Notes under the pieces: model-generated
The model's input: only the letters and a program-made list of their open reading frames with translations
Told to the model about the DNA's origin: nothing
The model's database searches: none
Translations under genes and position numbers: made by a program
Source: Malacoraja senta
Lineage: Eukaryota
Assembly: GCA_038087875.1 (NCBI GenBank)
Contig: JAXLNO010000385.1
Coordinates: 1,488,001 to 1,540,464, forward strand
DNA: 52,464 nt
Direction: 5' to 3'
In this document: positions 1-13,200 of the stretch, one piece after another
Layout: every line of letters starts with the position of its first letter
Numbering within the stretch: position 1 is the stretch's first letter

Positions 1-3000
1 CATTTTCAAAGCAAACCTCCATTTGCATTTTCAAAGCAAACCACCATTTGAATTTTCAAAGCAAACCAGCATTTACATTTTGAAAGCAAACCTTTTGCAT
101 TTTTAAACCAAACCTTTTGCATTTTCATAGCAAACCCTTTGCATTTTCAAAGCAAACCAGTATATGCATTTTCAAAGCAAACCAATATTTGCATTTTCAA
201 AGCAATCCAGCATTTGCATTTTTTATAAGCAAACCTTTTGCATTTTCAAAGTAAAACCTTTGTATTTACAAAGAAAACCAGCATTTGCATTTTCAAAGCA
301 AACCACCTTTTGCATTTTAAAAGCAAACCTTTTGCATTTTCAAAGTAAAACCTTTGCATTTTCAAAGCAAACCAGCATTTGCATTTTCAAAGCAAACCAC
401 CTTTTTCATTTTCAAAGCAAACCACCTTTTTGCATTTTCAAAGCAAACCACCTTTTGCATTTTCAAAGCATACCAACTTTTGCATTTTCAAACAAACCAC
501 CTTTTGCATCTGCTAATCAAATCACCTTTTGCATTTTTGAAACAAACCGCTATTTGCATTTTCGAAGCAAACCGCCATTTGCGTTTTCGATGCAAACCTT
601 TTGCATTTTCAAAGCAAACCACATTTTGCATTTTCCAAGCAAACCACCTTTTGCATTTTGAAAGCAAACCACCTTTTGCATTTTACTAGCAAACAACTTT
701 TTGCATTTTCAAACTAAACATTTTGCATTTTCAAACCAAACCTTTTGCATTTTAAAACTCCACCATTTGCATTTGCAAACCAAACCACCATTTGGCATTT
801 TCAAACCAAACCACGTTTTCTATTTTCAAACCAAACCACTCTTTGCATTTTCAAAGCAAACTAACGTTTGCATTTTCAAAGCCAACCTTTTGCATTTTCA
901 AAGTAAACCTTTTGCATTTTCAAACCGAACCAGCTTTTGCATTTTCAAAGAAAACCTTTTGCATTTTCAAAGAAAACCTTTTGCATTTTAAACCAAATCT
1001 CCTTTTGCATTTTCAAAACAAACCACCATTTGCATTTTCAAACCAAACCACCGTTTGCATTTTCTAACCAGACCTCCTTTTGCATTTTCAAACCAAACAT
1101 CCTTTTGAATTTTCAAAGCAAACCTTTTGCACTTTCAAAGTAAACATTTTGCATTTTCAAACCAAACCACTATTTGCATTTTCAAAGCAAATCTTTTGCA
1201 TTTGCAAAGCAAACCTTTTGCATTTTAAAACCAAATCTCCTTTTGCATTTTCAAAACAAACCACCATTTGCATTTTCAAACCAAACTACCATTTGTATTT
1301 TCAAACCAAACCTCGTTTTGCATTTTGAAAACAAACATTCTTTTGCATTTTCAAAGCAAACCTTTTTGCATATTCAAAGCAAACCACCATTTGCATTTTC
1401 AAAGCAAACCACCTTTTGCATTTTCAAAGAAAACCACCATTTACATTTCCAAAGCAATCCATCATTTTCATTTTCAAACTAAACCATTTGCATTACAAAC
1501 CAAACCTTTTGCATTTTCAATGCAAACCATTTGCATTTTCAAAGCAAACCGTTTGCATTTTCTAGGCAAACATTTTGCATTTTCTAAACCAAACCACCTT
1601 TTGCATTTACCCCCCCCCCCACCATTTGCATTTTCTAACCAAACCATTAGCATTTTCAAAGCAAACCTCCTTTTGCATTTTAAAAGCAAACCTTTTGGAT
1701 TTTCAAAGCAAACCTTTTGCATTTTCAAACCAAACCTCCTTTTGCATTTTCCAAACAAACCACCATTAGCATTTTCAAACCAAACCACCATTTGCATTTT
1801 CAAACCAAACAAACTTTTGCATTTTCAAAGCAAACCTTTTCCCATTTTCAAAGCAAACCTTTGGCATTTTCAAAGTAAACCTTTTGCATTTTCAATGCAA
1901 ACCCTTTGAATTTTCAAAGCAAACCTTTTGCATTTTCAAAGCAAACCATTTGCATTTTAAAACCAAACCTCCTTTTGCAGTTTCAAAACAAACCATTATT
2001 TGCATTTTCAAACCAAACCACCATTTGCATTTTCAAAACAAATCTCCTTTTGCATTTTCAAACCAAACATCCTTTTGCATTTTCAAAGCAAACCTTTTGC
2101 ATTTTCAAAGCAAACCTTTTGCATTTATCAAAGCAAACCTTTTTGCATTTTCAAAGCGAACCACCATTTGCATTTTCAAAGCAAAGCACCATTTGCATTT
2201 TCAAAGCAAACCACCATTTGTATTTTCAAAGCAAACCACCTTTTTCATTTTCAAAGCAAACCACCTTTTGCATTTTCATAGCCAACCTTTTGCATTTTCA
2301 CACCAAACCTTTTCTATTTTAAAAACCAAACCACCATTTGCATTTCCAAACCAAACCACTATTTGCATATTCAAACCAAACCACCTTTTGCATTTTCAAA
2401 ACAAACCACATTTTGCATTTTCAAAGCAAACCACCTTTTGCATTTTCAAAGCAAACCTTTTCCATTTTCAAAGCAAACCATTTGCATTTTCAAAGCAAAC
2501 CTTTTGCATTTTCCAATCAAACCACATTTTGCATTTTCAAACCAAACCACCTTTTGCATTTTCAAAACAAACCACCATTTGTATTTTCAAAGCAAACCAC
2601 CTTTTTCATTTTCAAAGCAAACCACCTTTTGCATTTTCATAGCAAATCACCTGTTGCATTTTCAAAGCAAACCACCTTTTGCATTTTCAAAGCAAACCAC
2701 CTTTTGCATTTTCAAAGCAAACCACTATTTGCATTTTCAAAGCAAACCACCATTTATATTTTCAAACCAAACCACCATTTGTATTTTCAAACTAACCGTT
2801 TTGCGTTACAAACCAAACCTTTTCCATTTTCAAACCAAACCTTTTGCATTTTCAAACCAAACCATTTGCATTTTGAAACCAAACCACCTTTTGCATTTTT
2901 AATACAAAATCACCATTTGCATTTTCAAACCAAACCACCATTTGCATTTCCAAACCAAACCACTATTTGCATTTTCAAACCAAACCACCTTTTGCATTTT

Positions 3001-6000
3001 CAAACCAAACCACCTTTTGCATTTTCAAAGCAAACCACCTTTTGCATTTTCAAATCAAACCTTTTGCATTTTCAAAGCAAACATTTTGCATTTTCCAATC
3101 AAACCACCTTGTGCATTTTCAAACCAATCCACCTTTTGCATTTTCAAAGCAAACCACCTTTTGCATTTTCAAAGCAAACCTTTTGCATTTTCAAACCAAA
3201 CCACCTTTTGCATTTTCAAACCAAAGCACCTTTTGCATTTTCAAAGCAAACCACCTTTTGCATTTTCAAAACAAACCTTATGCATTTTAAAAGCAAACCG
3301 TTTGCATTTTCAAATCAAACCTCCTTTTTTTAATTTTCAAACCAAACTACCATATTATTTTTCAAACAAAACAACCTTTTGCATTTTCAAACCAAACCAC
3401 TGTTTGCATTTTCAAAGCAAACTAACTTTTGCATTTTCAAAGCCAACCTTTTGCATTTTCACACCAAACCTTTTCCATTTTCAAACCAAACCACCATTTG
3501 CATTTCCAAACCAAAGCACTATTTGCATTTTCAAACCGAACCACCTTTTTGCATTTTCAAACCAAACCACCTTTTGCATTTTCAAAGCAAACCACCTTTT
3601 GCATTTTCAAAGCAAACCTTGTGCATTTTCAAAGCCACCATTTGCATTTCCAAACCAAACCACCATTTGCATTTTAAACCAAACCACCTTTTGCATTTTC
3701 AAACCAAACCACGTTTTGCATTTTCAAAGCAAACCACCTTTTCCATTTTCAAAGCAAACCTTATGCATTTTAAAAGCAAACCGTTTGCATTTTCAAATCA
3801 AACCTCCTTTTTTTAATTTTCAAACCAAACTACCATATTATTTTTCAAACAAAACAACCTTTTGCATTTTCAAACCAAACCACTGTTTGCATTTTCAAAG
3901 CAAACTAACTTTTGCATTTTCAAAGCCAACCTTCTGCATTTTCACACCAAACCTTTTCCATTTTCAAACCAAACCACCATTTGCATTTCCAAACCAAAGC
4001 ACTATTTGCATTTTCAAACCGAACCACCTTTTTGCATTTTCAAACCAAACCACCTTTTGCATTTTCAAAGCAAACCACCTTTTGCATTTTCAAAGCAAAC
4101 CTTGTGCATTTTCAAAGCCACCATTTGCATTTCCAAACCAAACCACCATTTGCATTTTAAACCAAACCACCTTTTGCATTTTCAAACCAAACCACGTTTT
4201 GCATTTTCAAAGCAAACCACCTTTTCCATTTTCAAAGCAAACCTTTTGCATTTTCAAAGCAAACCATTTGCATTTTCAAAACAAACCTTTTGCATTTTCC
4301 AATCAAACTAACTTTTGCATTTCCAAACCAAACCACTATTTGCATTTTCAAAACAAACCACCTATTGCATTTTCAAACCAAAGCACCTATTGCATTTTCA
4401 AAGCAAACCTTATGCATTTTAAAAGCAAACCGTTTGCATTTTCAAATCAAACCACCTTTTTTAATTTTCAAACCAAACTACCATATTCTTTTTCAAACAA
4501 AACCAACATTTGCATTTTCAAACCAAATCACCATTTGCATTTTCATACCAAACCACCTTTTGCATTTTCAAACCAAACCACCCTTTGCATTTTCAAACTA
4601 AACCTTTTGCATTACAAACCAAAACTTTTGCATTTTCAAAGCAAAGCCTTTGCATTTTCAAAGCAAACATTTTGCATTTTCTAGGCAAACCTTTTGCATT
4701 TTCAAAGCAAACCACCATTTATATTTTCAAACCAAACCACCATTTGTATTTTCAAACTAACCGTTTTGCGTTACAAACCAAACCTTTTCCATTTTCAAAC
4801 CAAACCTTTTGCATTTTCAAACCAAACCATTTGCATTTTGAAACCAAACCACCTTTTGCATTTTTAATACAAAATCACCATTTGCATTTTCAAACCAAAC
4901 CACCATTTGCATTTCCAAACCAAACCACTATTTGCATTTTCAAACCAAATCACCATTTGCATTTTCATACCAAACCACCTTTTGCATTTTCAAACCAAAC
5001 CACCCTTTGCATTTTCAAAGCACACTAACTTTTGAATTTTCAAAACCTACCTTTTGCATTTTGAAAGCAAACCTTTTCATTTTGAAACCAAACCACCATT
5101 TGCATTTCTAAACCAAACCACCATTTGCATTTTGAAACCAAACAATCTTTTGCATTTTCAAAGCAAACCACCTTTTGCATTTTCAAAACAAACCTTATGC
5201 ATTTTAAAAGAAAACCGTTTGCATTTTCAAATCAAACCTCCTTTTTTAATTTTCAAACCAAACCACTGTTTGCATTTTCAAAGCAAACTAACTTTTGCAT
5301 TTTCAAAGCCAACCTTTTGCATTTTCACACCAAACCTTTTCCATTTTCAAACCAAACCACCATTTGCATTTCCAAACCAAACCACTATTTGCATTTTCAA
5401 AACAAACCACCTATTGCATTTTCAAACCAAAGCACCTATTGCATTTTCAAAGCAAACCTTATGCATTTTAAAAGCAAACCGTTTGCATTTTCAAAGCAAA
5501 CCACCTTTTTTAATTTTCAAACCAAACTAGCATATTCTTTTTCAAACAAAACCAACATTTGCATTTTCAAACCAAATCACCATTTGCATTTTCATACCAA
5601 ACCACATTTTGCATTTTCAAACCAAACCACCCTTTGCATTTTAAAAGCACACTAACTTTTGAATTTTCAAAACCTACCTTTTGCATTTTGAAAGCAAACC
5701 TTAACATTTTGAAACCAAACCACAATTTGCATTTCTAAACCAAACCACCTTTTGCATTTTCAAAACAAACCTTATGCATTTTAAAAGCAAACCGTTTGCA
5801 TTTTCAAATCAAACCTCCTTTTTTAATTTTCAAACCAAACTACCATATTCTTTTTCAAACAAAACAACCTTTTGCATTTTCAAACCAAACCACTGTTTGC
5901 ATTTTCAAAGCAAACTAACTTTTGCATTTTCAAAGCCAACCTTTTGCATTTTCACACCAAACCTTTTCCATTTTCAAACCAAACCACCATTTGCATTTCC

Positions 6001-7217
6001 AAACCAACGCACTATTTGCATTTTCAAACCAAACCACCTTTTTGCATTTTCAAACCAAACCACCTTTTGCATTTTCAATGCACACCACCTTTTGCATTTT
6101 CAAAGCAAACCTTGTGCATTTTCAAAGCCACCATTTGCATTTCCAAACCAAACCACTATTTGCATTTTAAACCAAACCACCTTTTGCATTTTCAAACCAA
6201 ACCACGTTTTGCATTTTCAAAGCAAACCACCTTTTCCATTTTCAAAGCAAACCTTTTGCATTTTCAAAGCAAACCATTTGCATTTTCAAAGCAAACCTTT
6301 TGCAATTTCCAATCAAACTAACTTTTGCATTTCCAAACCAAACCACTATTTGCATTTTCAAAACAAACCACCTATTGCATTTTCAAACCAAAGCACCTAT
6401 TGCATTTTCAAAGCAAACCTTATGCATTTTAAAAGCAAACCGTTTGCATTTTCAAATCAAACCACCTTTTTTTAATTTTCAAACCAAACTACCATATTAT
6501 TTTTCAAACCAAACCAACATTTGCATTTTCAAACCAAATCACCATTTGCATTTTCATACCAAACCACCTTTTGCATTTTCAAACCAAACCACCCTTTGCA
6601 TTTTCAAAGCACACTAACTTTTGAATTTTCAAAACCTACCTTTTACATTTTCAAAGCAAACCTTTTCATTTTGAAACCAAACCACCATTTGCATTTCTAA
6701 ACCAAACCACCATTTGCATTTTGAAACCAAACAACCTTTTGCATTTACAAAGCAAACCACCTTTTGCATTTTCAAAGCAAACATTTTGCATTTTCAAACC
6801 AAACATACTTTTGCAATTTCAAAGCAAACCTTTTGCATTTTCAAACCAAACCTCCTTTTTACATATTCAAAACAAACCACTATTAGCATTTAAAAACAAA
6901 ACCACGATTTGCATTTTCAAAGCAAACCACCTGTTGCATTTTCAAAGCAAGCCACCTTTTGCATTTTCAATGAAAACCATTTGCATTTTCAAAGCAAATA
7001 CTTTTCATTTTCAAAGCAAACCTTTTGCATTTTCTAGGCAAACATTTTGCATTTTCAGAGCAAACATTTTGCATTTTCAAAGCGAACCACCATTTGGTTA
7101 ACAAAACCACCTTTTGCATTTTCAAAGCAAACCACATGTTGCATTTTCAAAGTAAACATTTTGCATTTTCAAAGCAAACCTTTTGCATTTTCAAACCAAA
7201 CTACCTTTTGCATATCC
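1..7217 (+). repeat. Satellite array, 21-24 bp monomer TTTGCATTTTCAAA(G/C)CAAACC(ACC)(A/T), forward orientation
   Basis: Continuous tandem monomers read directly. ORF translations are the same peptide repeats in three frames (HFQSKPP/FAFSKQTT/FCIFKAN). Confidence 0.98.
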
Positions 7218-7221
7218 TTTT

Positions 7222-10200
7222 GGAAAATGCAAAAGGTTTTCTTTGAAAATGCAAAAGGTGGTTTGAATGTAAAATGCAAAAGATTTGCTTTGAACATATA
7301 AAAGGTTTGCTTTGAAAAAGCAAAATGCAGTTTGCTTTGAAAATGCAAAAGGTGGTTTGCTTTGAAAACGCAAAAGGTGGTTTGGTTTGAAAATGCAACT
7401 GGTGGCTTGGTTTGAATATGCAATTGGTAATTTGGTTTGAAAATGGAAAGGGTTTGGTTTGTAAATGCAAAATGTTTGGTTTGAAAATGCAAAAGGCGTG
7501 CTTTGAAAATGCAAAATGTTTGGTTTGAAAATGCAAAAGGCTTACTTTGAAAATGCAAAAGGTTTGCTTTGAAAATGCAAATGAAGGTAAGGTTTGAAAA
7601 TGCAAATTGTGGTATGGTTTCAAAATGCAAAAGGTTTGGTTTGAAAAAGCAAAAGGTTTGCGTTGAAAATGGAAAAGGTGGTTTGCTTTGAAAATGCAAA
7701 AGGTGGTTAGGTTTGAAAATGCTAAAGTTAGTTTGCTTTATGCAAAAGGTGGTTTGCTATGAAAATGCAAAAGGTGCTTTGCTTTGAAAATGCAAATGGT
7801 GGTTTGCTTTGAAAATGCAAAAGGCGGTTTGCTTTGAAAATGCAAAAGGCGATTTGCATTGAAAATGCAAAAGGCGGTTTGCTTTGAAAGTGCAAAAGGC
7901 GGTTTGGTTTGAAAATGCTAAAGTTAGTTTGCTTTATGCAAAAGGAAGTTTGGCTAGAAAATGTAAAAGGAGGTTTGGTTTGAAAATGCAAATGGTGGTT
8001 TGCTATGAAATTGCAAAAGGTTTGCTTTGAAAATGCAAAATAATTGATTTGAAAATGCAAAAGGTTTGCTTTGAAAATGCAAAAGGTTTGGTTTGAAAAT
8101 GTAAAAGGGGGTTTGGTTTGAAAATGAAAATAGTGGATTGGTTTGAAAATGCAAATGATGGTTTGGTTTGAAAACGCAAAAGGAGGTTTGGTTTGAAAAT
8201 GCAAAAGGTATGCTTTGAAAATGCAAATGGTTTGCTTTCAAAAAGCAAAAGGTGGTTTGCTCTGAAAATGCAAAAGGTGATTTGGTTTGAAAATGCAAAG
8301 GTTGGTTTGGTTTGAAAATGCAATGGGTGGTTTTGTTTGAAAATGCAAAGGAGGTTTAGTATAAAAATGCAAATGGTGATTTGGTTTGAAAATGCAAATG
8401 GTGGTTCGGTTTGAAAATGCAATTGGTGGTTCGGTTTGAAAATGCAATTGGTGGTTTGCTTTGAAAATGCAAAAGGTGGTTTGCTATGAAAATGCAAAAA
8501 GGAGGTTTGGTTTGAAAATGCAAATGGTTTGCTTTGAAAATGCAAATGGTTTGCTTTGAAAATGCAAAAGGTTTGCCTTGAAAATGCAAAAGGAAGCTTG
8601 GCTTGAAAATGCAAAAGGAGCATTGGATTGGAAATGCAAATGGTGGTTTGGTTTGAAAATGCAAATGCTGGTTTGGTATGAAAATGGAAAAGGTTTGGTT
8701 TGAAAATTCAAATGGTGGCTTGGTTTGAAAATGCAATTGGTAATTTGGTTTGAAAATGGAAAAGGTTTGGTTTGTAAATGCAAATGTTTGGTTTGAAAAT
8801 GCAAAAGGCTTACTTTGAAAATGCAAAAGGTTTGCTTTGAAAATGCAAATGAAGGTAAGGTTTGAAAATGCAAATGGTGGTATGGTTTGAAAATGCAAAA
8901 GGTTTGGTTTGAAAATGCAAAAGATTTGCGTTGAAAATGGAAAAGGTGGTTAGTTTTGAAAATGCTAAAGTTAGTTTGCTTTATGCCAAAGGTGGTTTGC
9001 TATGAAAATGCAAAAGGTGCTTTGCTTTGAAAATGCAAATGGTGGTTTGCTATGAAAATGCAAAAGGCGGTTTGCTTTGAAAATGCAAAAGGCGGTTTGC
9101 TTTGAAAATGCAAAAGGCGGTTTGCTTTGAAAGTGCAAAAGGCGGTTTGGTTTAAAAATGCAAAAGGTGCTTTGCTTTGAAAATGGAAAAGGTTTGCTTT
9201 GAAAATGCAAAATAATTTAATTGAAATTGCAAAAGCTTTGCTTTGAAAATGCGAAAGGTTTGGTTTGAAAATGCAAAAGGAAGTTTGGCTTGAAAATGTA
9301 AAAGGAGGTTTGGTTTGAAAATGCAAATAGTGGTTTGGTTTGAAAATGTAAATGGTGGTTTGGTATGAAAATGCAAAAGGAGGTTTGATTTGAAAACGCA
9401 AATAGTGGTTTGGTTTGAAAATGCAAATGGTGGTTTGGTTTGAAAATGCAAAAGGAGGTTTGCTTTGAAAATGTAAAAGGTATGCTTTGACAATGCAAAA
9501 GGTTTGCTTTGAAAATGCAAAACGTGGTTTGCTCTTAAAATGCAAATGATGGTTTGCTTTAAAATAAAAACATATGTTTACTTTGAAAATGCAAAAGGTG
9601 GATTGCTTTGAAAATGCAAGATGTGGATTGCTTTGAAAATGCAAGCGGTGGTTTGCTTTGAAAATGCAAAAGGTGGTTTTCTTTGAAAATGCCAAAGGTG
9701 GTTAGCTTTGAAAATACAAAAGGTGGTTTGCTTTGAAAATGCAAAAGATGGTTAGCTATGAAAATGCAAATGGTGGTTTGCTATGAAATTGCAAAAGGTT
9801 TGCTTTGAAAATGCAAAATAATTGCTTTGAAAATGCAAAAGGTTTGGTTTGAAAATGTAAAAGACGGTTTGGTTTGAAAATGAAAATAGTGGATTGGTTT
9901 GAAAATGCAAATGATGGGTTTGTTTGAAAACGCAAAAGGAGTTTTGGTTTGAAAATGCAAAAGGTATGCTTTGAAAATGCAAATGGTTTGCTTTCAAAAG
10001 GCAGAAGTTGGTTTGCTCTGAAAATGTAAATGGCGGTTTGCTTTGAAAATAAAAACAATTGTTTACTTTTATAATGCTAAAGGTGGTTTGCTTTGAAAAT
10101 GCAAAAGGTGATTTGGTTTGAAAATGCAAAGGGTGGTTTGGTTTGAAAATGCAATGGGTGGTTTTGTTTGAAAATGCAAAAGGAGGTTTAGTATGAAAAT

Positions 10201-13200
10201 GCAAATGGTGATTTGGTTTGAAAATGCAAATGGTGGTTCGGTTTGAAAATGCAATTGATGGTTTGCTTTGAAAATGCAAAAGGTGGTTTGCTATGAAAAT
10301 GCAAAAAGGAGGTTTGGTTTGAAAATGCAAATGGTTTGCTTTGAAAATGCAAAAGGTTTGCCTTAAAAATGCAAAAGGAAGCTTGGTTTGAAAATGCAAA
10401 AGGAGCATTGGATTGGAAATGCAAATGATGGTTTGGTTTGAAAATGCAAATGCTGGTTTGGTTTGTAAATGCAAAAGGGTGTTTAGATAGAAAATGCAAA
10501 AGGCTTGCTTTGAAAATGCAAATGGTTTGCTATAAAAATGCAAAAGGAGGTTTGCTTTGAAAATGCAAAAGGTATGCTTTGAAAATGCAAAAGATTTGAT
10601 TTGAAAATGCAAAAGGTTTGCTTTGAAAATGCAAATGGTTTGGTTTGAAAATGAAAAAGGAAGTTTGGTTTCAAAATGCAAATGTTGGTTTGCTTTGAAA
10701 ATGCAAAAGGTTGTTTGCTTTAAATTGTAAAAGGTTTGCTTTGAATATGCAAAAGGTTTGCTTTGAAAATGCAAATCGTGGTTTGCTATCAAAATGCAAA
10801 ATGTAGATTGCTTTATGCAAACGGTGGTTTGCTTTGCAAATGCAAAATGTGGTTTGCTTTGAAAATGCAAAAGGAGGTTTACTTTGAAAATGGAAAAGGT
10901 GGTTAGCTTTGAAAATGCAAAAGGTGGTTTGCTTTGAATATGCAAAATGTGGTTTGCCTTGAAAATGCTAAAGGTGGTTTGCTTTGAAAATAAAAGTTTG
11001 GTTTGCAAATGCAAATGGTGGTTTGGTTTCAAAATGCAAATGGTTTGCTATGAAAATGCAACAGGTTTTCTTTGAAGTTACAAAGGTTTGCTTTGAAAAT
11101 GGAAAAGGAGGTTTGGTTTGAAAATGCAAATGGTTTGGTTTGAAAATGAAAAAGGAAGTTTGGTTTCAAAATGCAAATGTTGGTTTGCTTTGAAAATGCA
11201 AAAGGTTGTTTGCTTTAAATTGTAAAAGGTTTGCTTTGAATATGCAAAAGGTTTGCTTTGAAAATGCAAATCATGGTTTGCTATCAAAATGCAAAATGTA
11301 GATTGCTTTATGCAAACGGTGGTTTGCTTTGCAAATGCAAAATGTGGTTTGCTTTGAAAATGCAAAAGGAGGTTTACTTTGAAAATGGAAAAGGTGGTTA
11401 GCTTTGAAAATGCAAAAGGTGGTTTGTTTTGAATATGCAAAATGTGGTTTGCCTTGAAAATGCTAAAGGTGGTTTGCTTTGAAAATAAAAGTTTGGTTTG
11501 CAAATGCAAATGGTGGTTTGGTTTCAAAATGCAAATGGTTTGCTATGAAAATGCAACAGGTTTTCTTTGAAGTTACAAAGGTTTGCTTTGAAAATGGAAA
11601 AGGAGGTTTGGTTTGAAAATGCAAATGGTGGTTTGGTTTGAAAATGCAAATGGTGGCTTTGTTTGAAAAAGCAAATTGTAGTTTGGTTTGAAAATGAAAA
11701 AGAAAGTTTGGTTTGAAAATGCAAAAGGTCTGCTTTGAAAATGCAAAAGGTTTGCTTTGAAAATGCAAAAGGTGGTTTGGTTTGAAAATGCAAAAGTTGG
11801 ATTGGTTTGAAAATTCAAAAGGTGGTTTGATTTGAAAATCAAATAGTGGTTTGATTTGGAAATGCAAAAGGTGGTTTGATTGGAAAATGCAAAAGGTTTG
11901 ATTGGAAAATGCAAACGGTTTGCTTTGAAAATGCAAAAGGTTTGCTTCGAAAATGCAAAAGGCAGTTTGCTTTAAAAATGCAAAAGGTGGTTTGCTTTGA
12001 AAACGCAAAAGGTGGTTTGGTTTGAAAATTAAAATAGTGGTTTGGTTTGGAAATGCAAAAGTTGGTTTGATCGTAAAATGCAAAAGACTTGCTTTGAAAT
12101 TGCAAAAGGTTTGCTTTGAAAAAGCAAAACGCAGTTTGCTTTGAAAATGAAAACGGTGGTTTGCTTTGAAAACGCAAAAGGTGGTTTGGTTTGAAAATGC
12201 AAATGGTGGTTTGGTTTGAAAATGGAAAATGTTTGGTTTGAAAATTCAAATGGTCGCTTGGTTTGAAAATGCAAATGGTAATTTGGTTTGAAAATGGAAA
12301 AGGTTTGGTTTGTAAATGCAAAATATTTGGTTTGAAAATGCAAAAGGCGTTCTTTGAATATGCAAAATGTTTGGTTTGAAAATACAAAAGGCTTGCTTTG
12401 AAAATGCAAAAGGTTTGCTTGGAAAACGCAAATGAAGGTTTGGTTTGAAAATGCAAATGGTGGTATCATTTGAAAATGCAAAAGGTTTGGTTTGAAAATG
12501 CAAAAGGTTTCCGTTGAAAATGGAAAAGGTGGTTTGCTTTGAAAATGCAAAAGGTGGTTTGTTTTGAAAATGCTAAAAGTAGTTTGCTTAATGCAAAAGT
12601 TGGTTTGCTATGAAAATGCAAAAGGTGGTTTGCTTTGAAAGTGCAAAAGGCAGTTTGGTTTGAAATTGCAAAGGGGGGTTTGCTTTGAAAATGCAAAAGG
12701 TGGTTTGCTTTGAAAATGCAAAAGGTGGTTTGGTTTGAAAATGCAAATGGTGGTTTGGTTTGAAAATGCAAATGGTGGTTTTGTTTGACAATGCAAATGG
12801 CGGTTTGGCTGGCAAATGGTGTATGGTTTGAAAATGCAAAAGGAGGTTTGGTTTGAAAATTCAAAAGATGGCTTGGTTTGAATATTCAAAAGGTGGTTTG
12901 CTTTGAAAATGCAAAAGGTAGTTTGGTTTGAAAATGCAAATGGTGGTTTGGTTTGAAAATGCAAAATGTTTGGTTTGAAAATGCAAAAGGTTTGCTTTGA
13001 AAATGCAAAAGGTTTGCTTTGAAAATGCAAAAGGTGGTTTGGTTTGAACATGCAAATGGTGAATTGGTTTTGAAATGAAAAAGGTCGTTTGTTTTGAAAA
13101 TGGAAAAGGTTTGCTTTGAAAATGCAAAAGGTTTGCTTTGAAAATACAAAAGGTAGTTTGTTTTGAAAATGCAAAAGGTGGTTTTGTTTGAAACTGCAAA

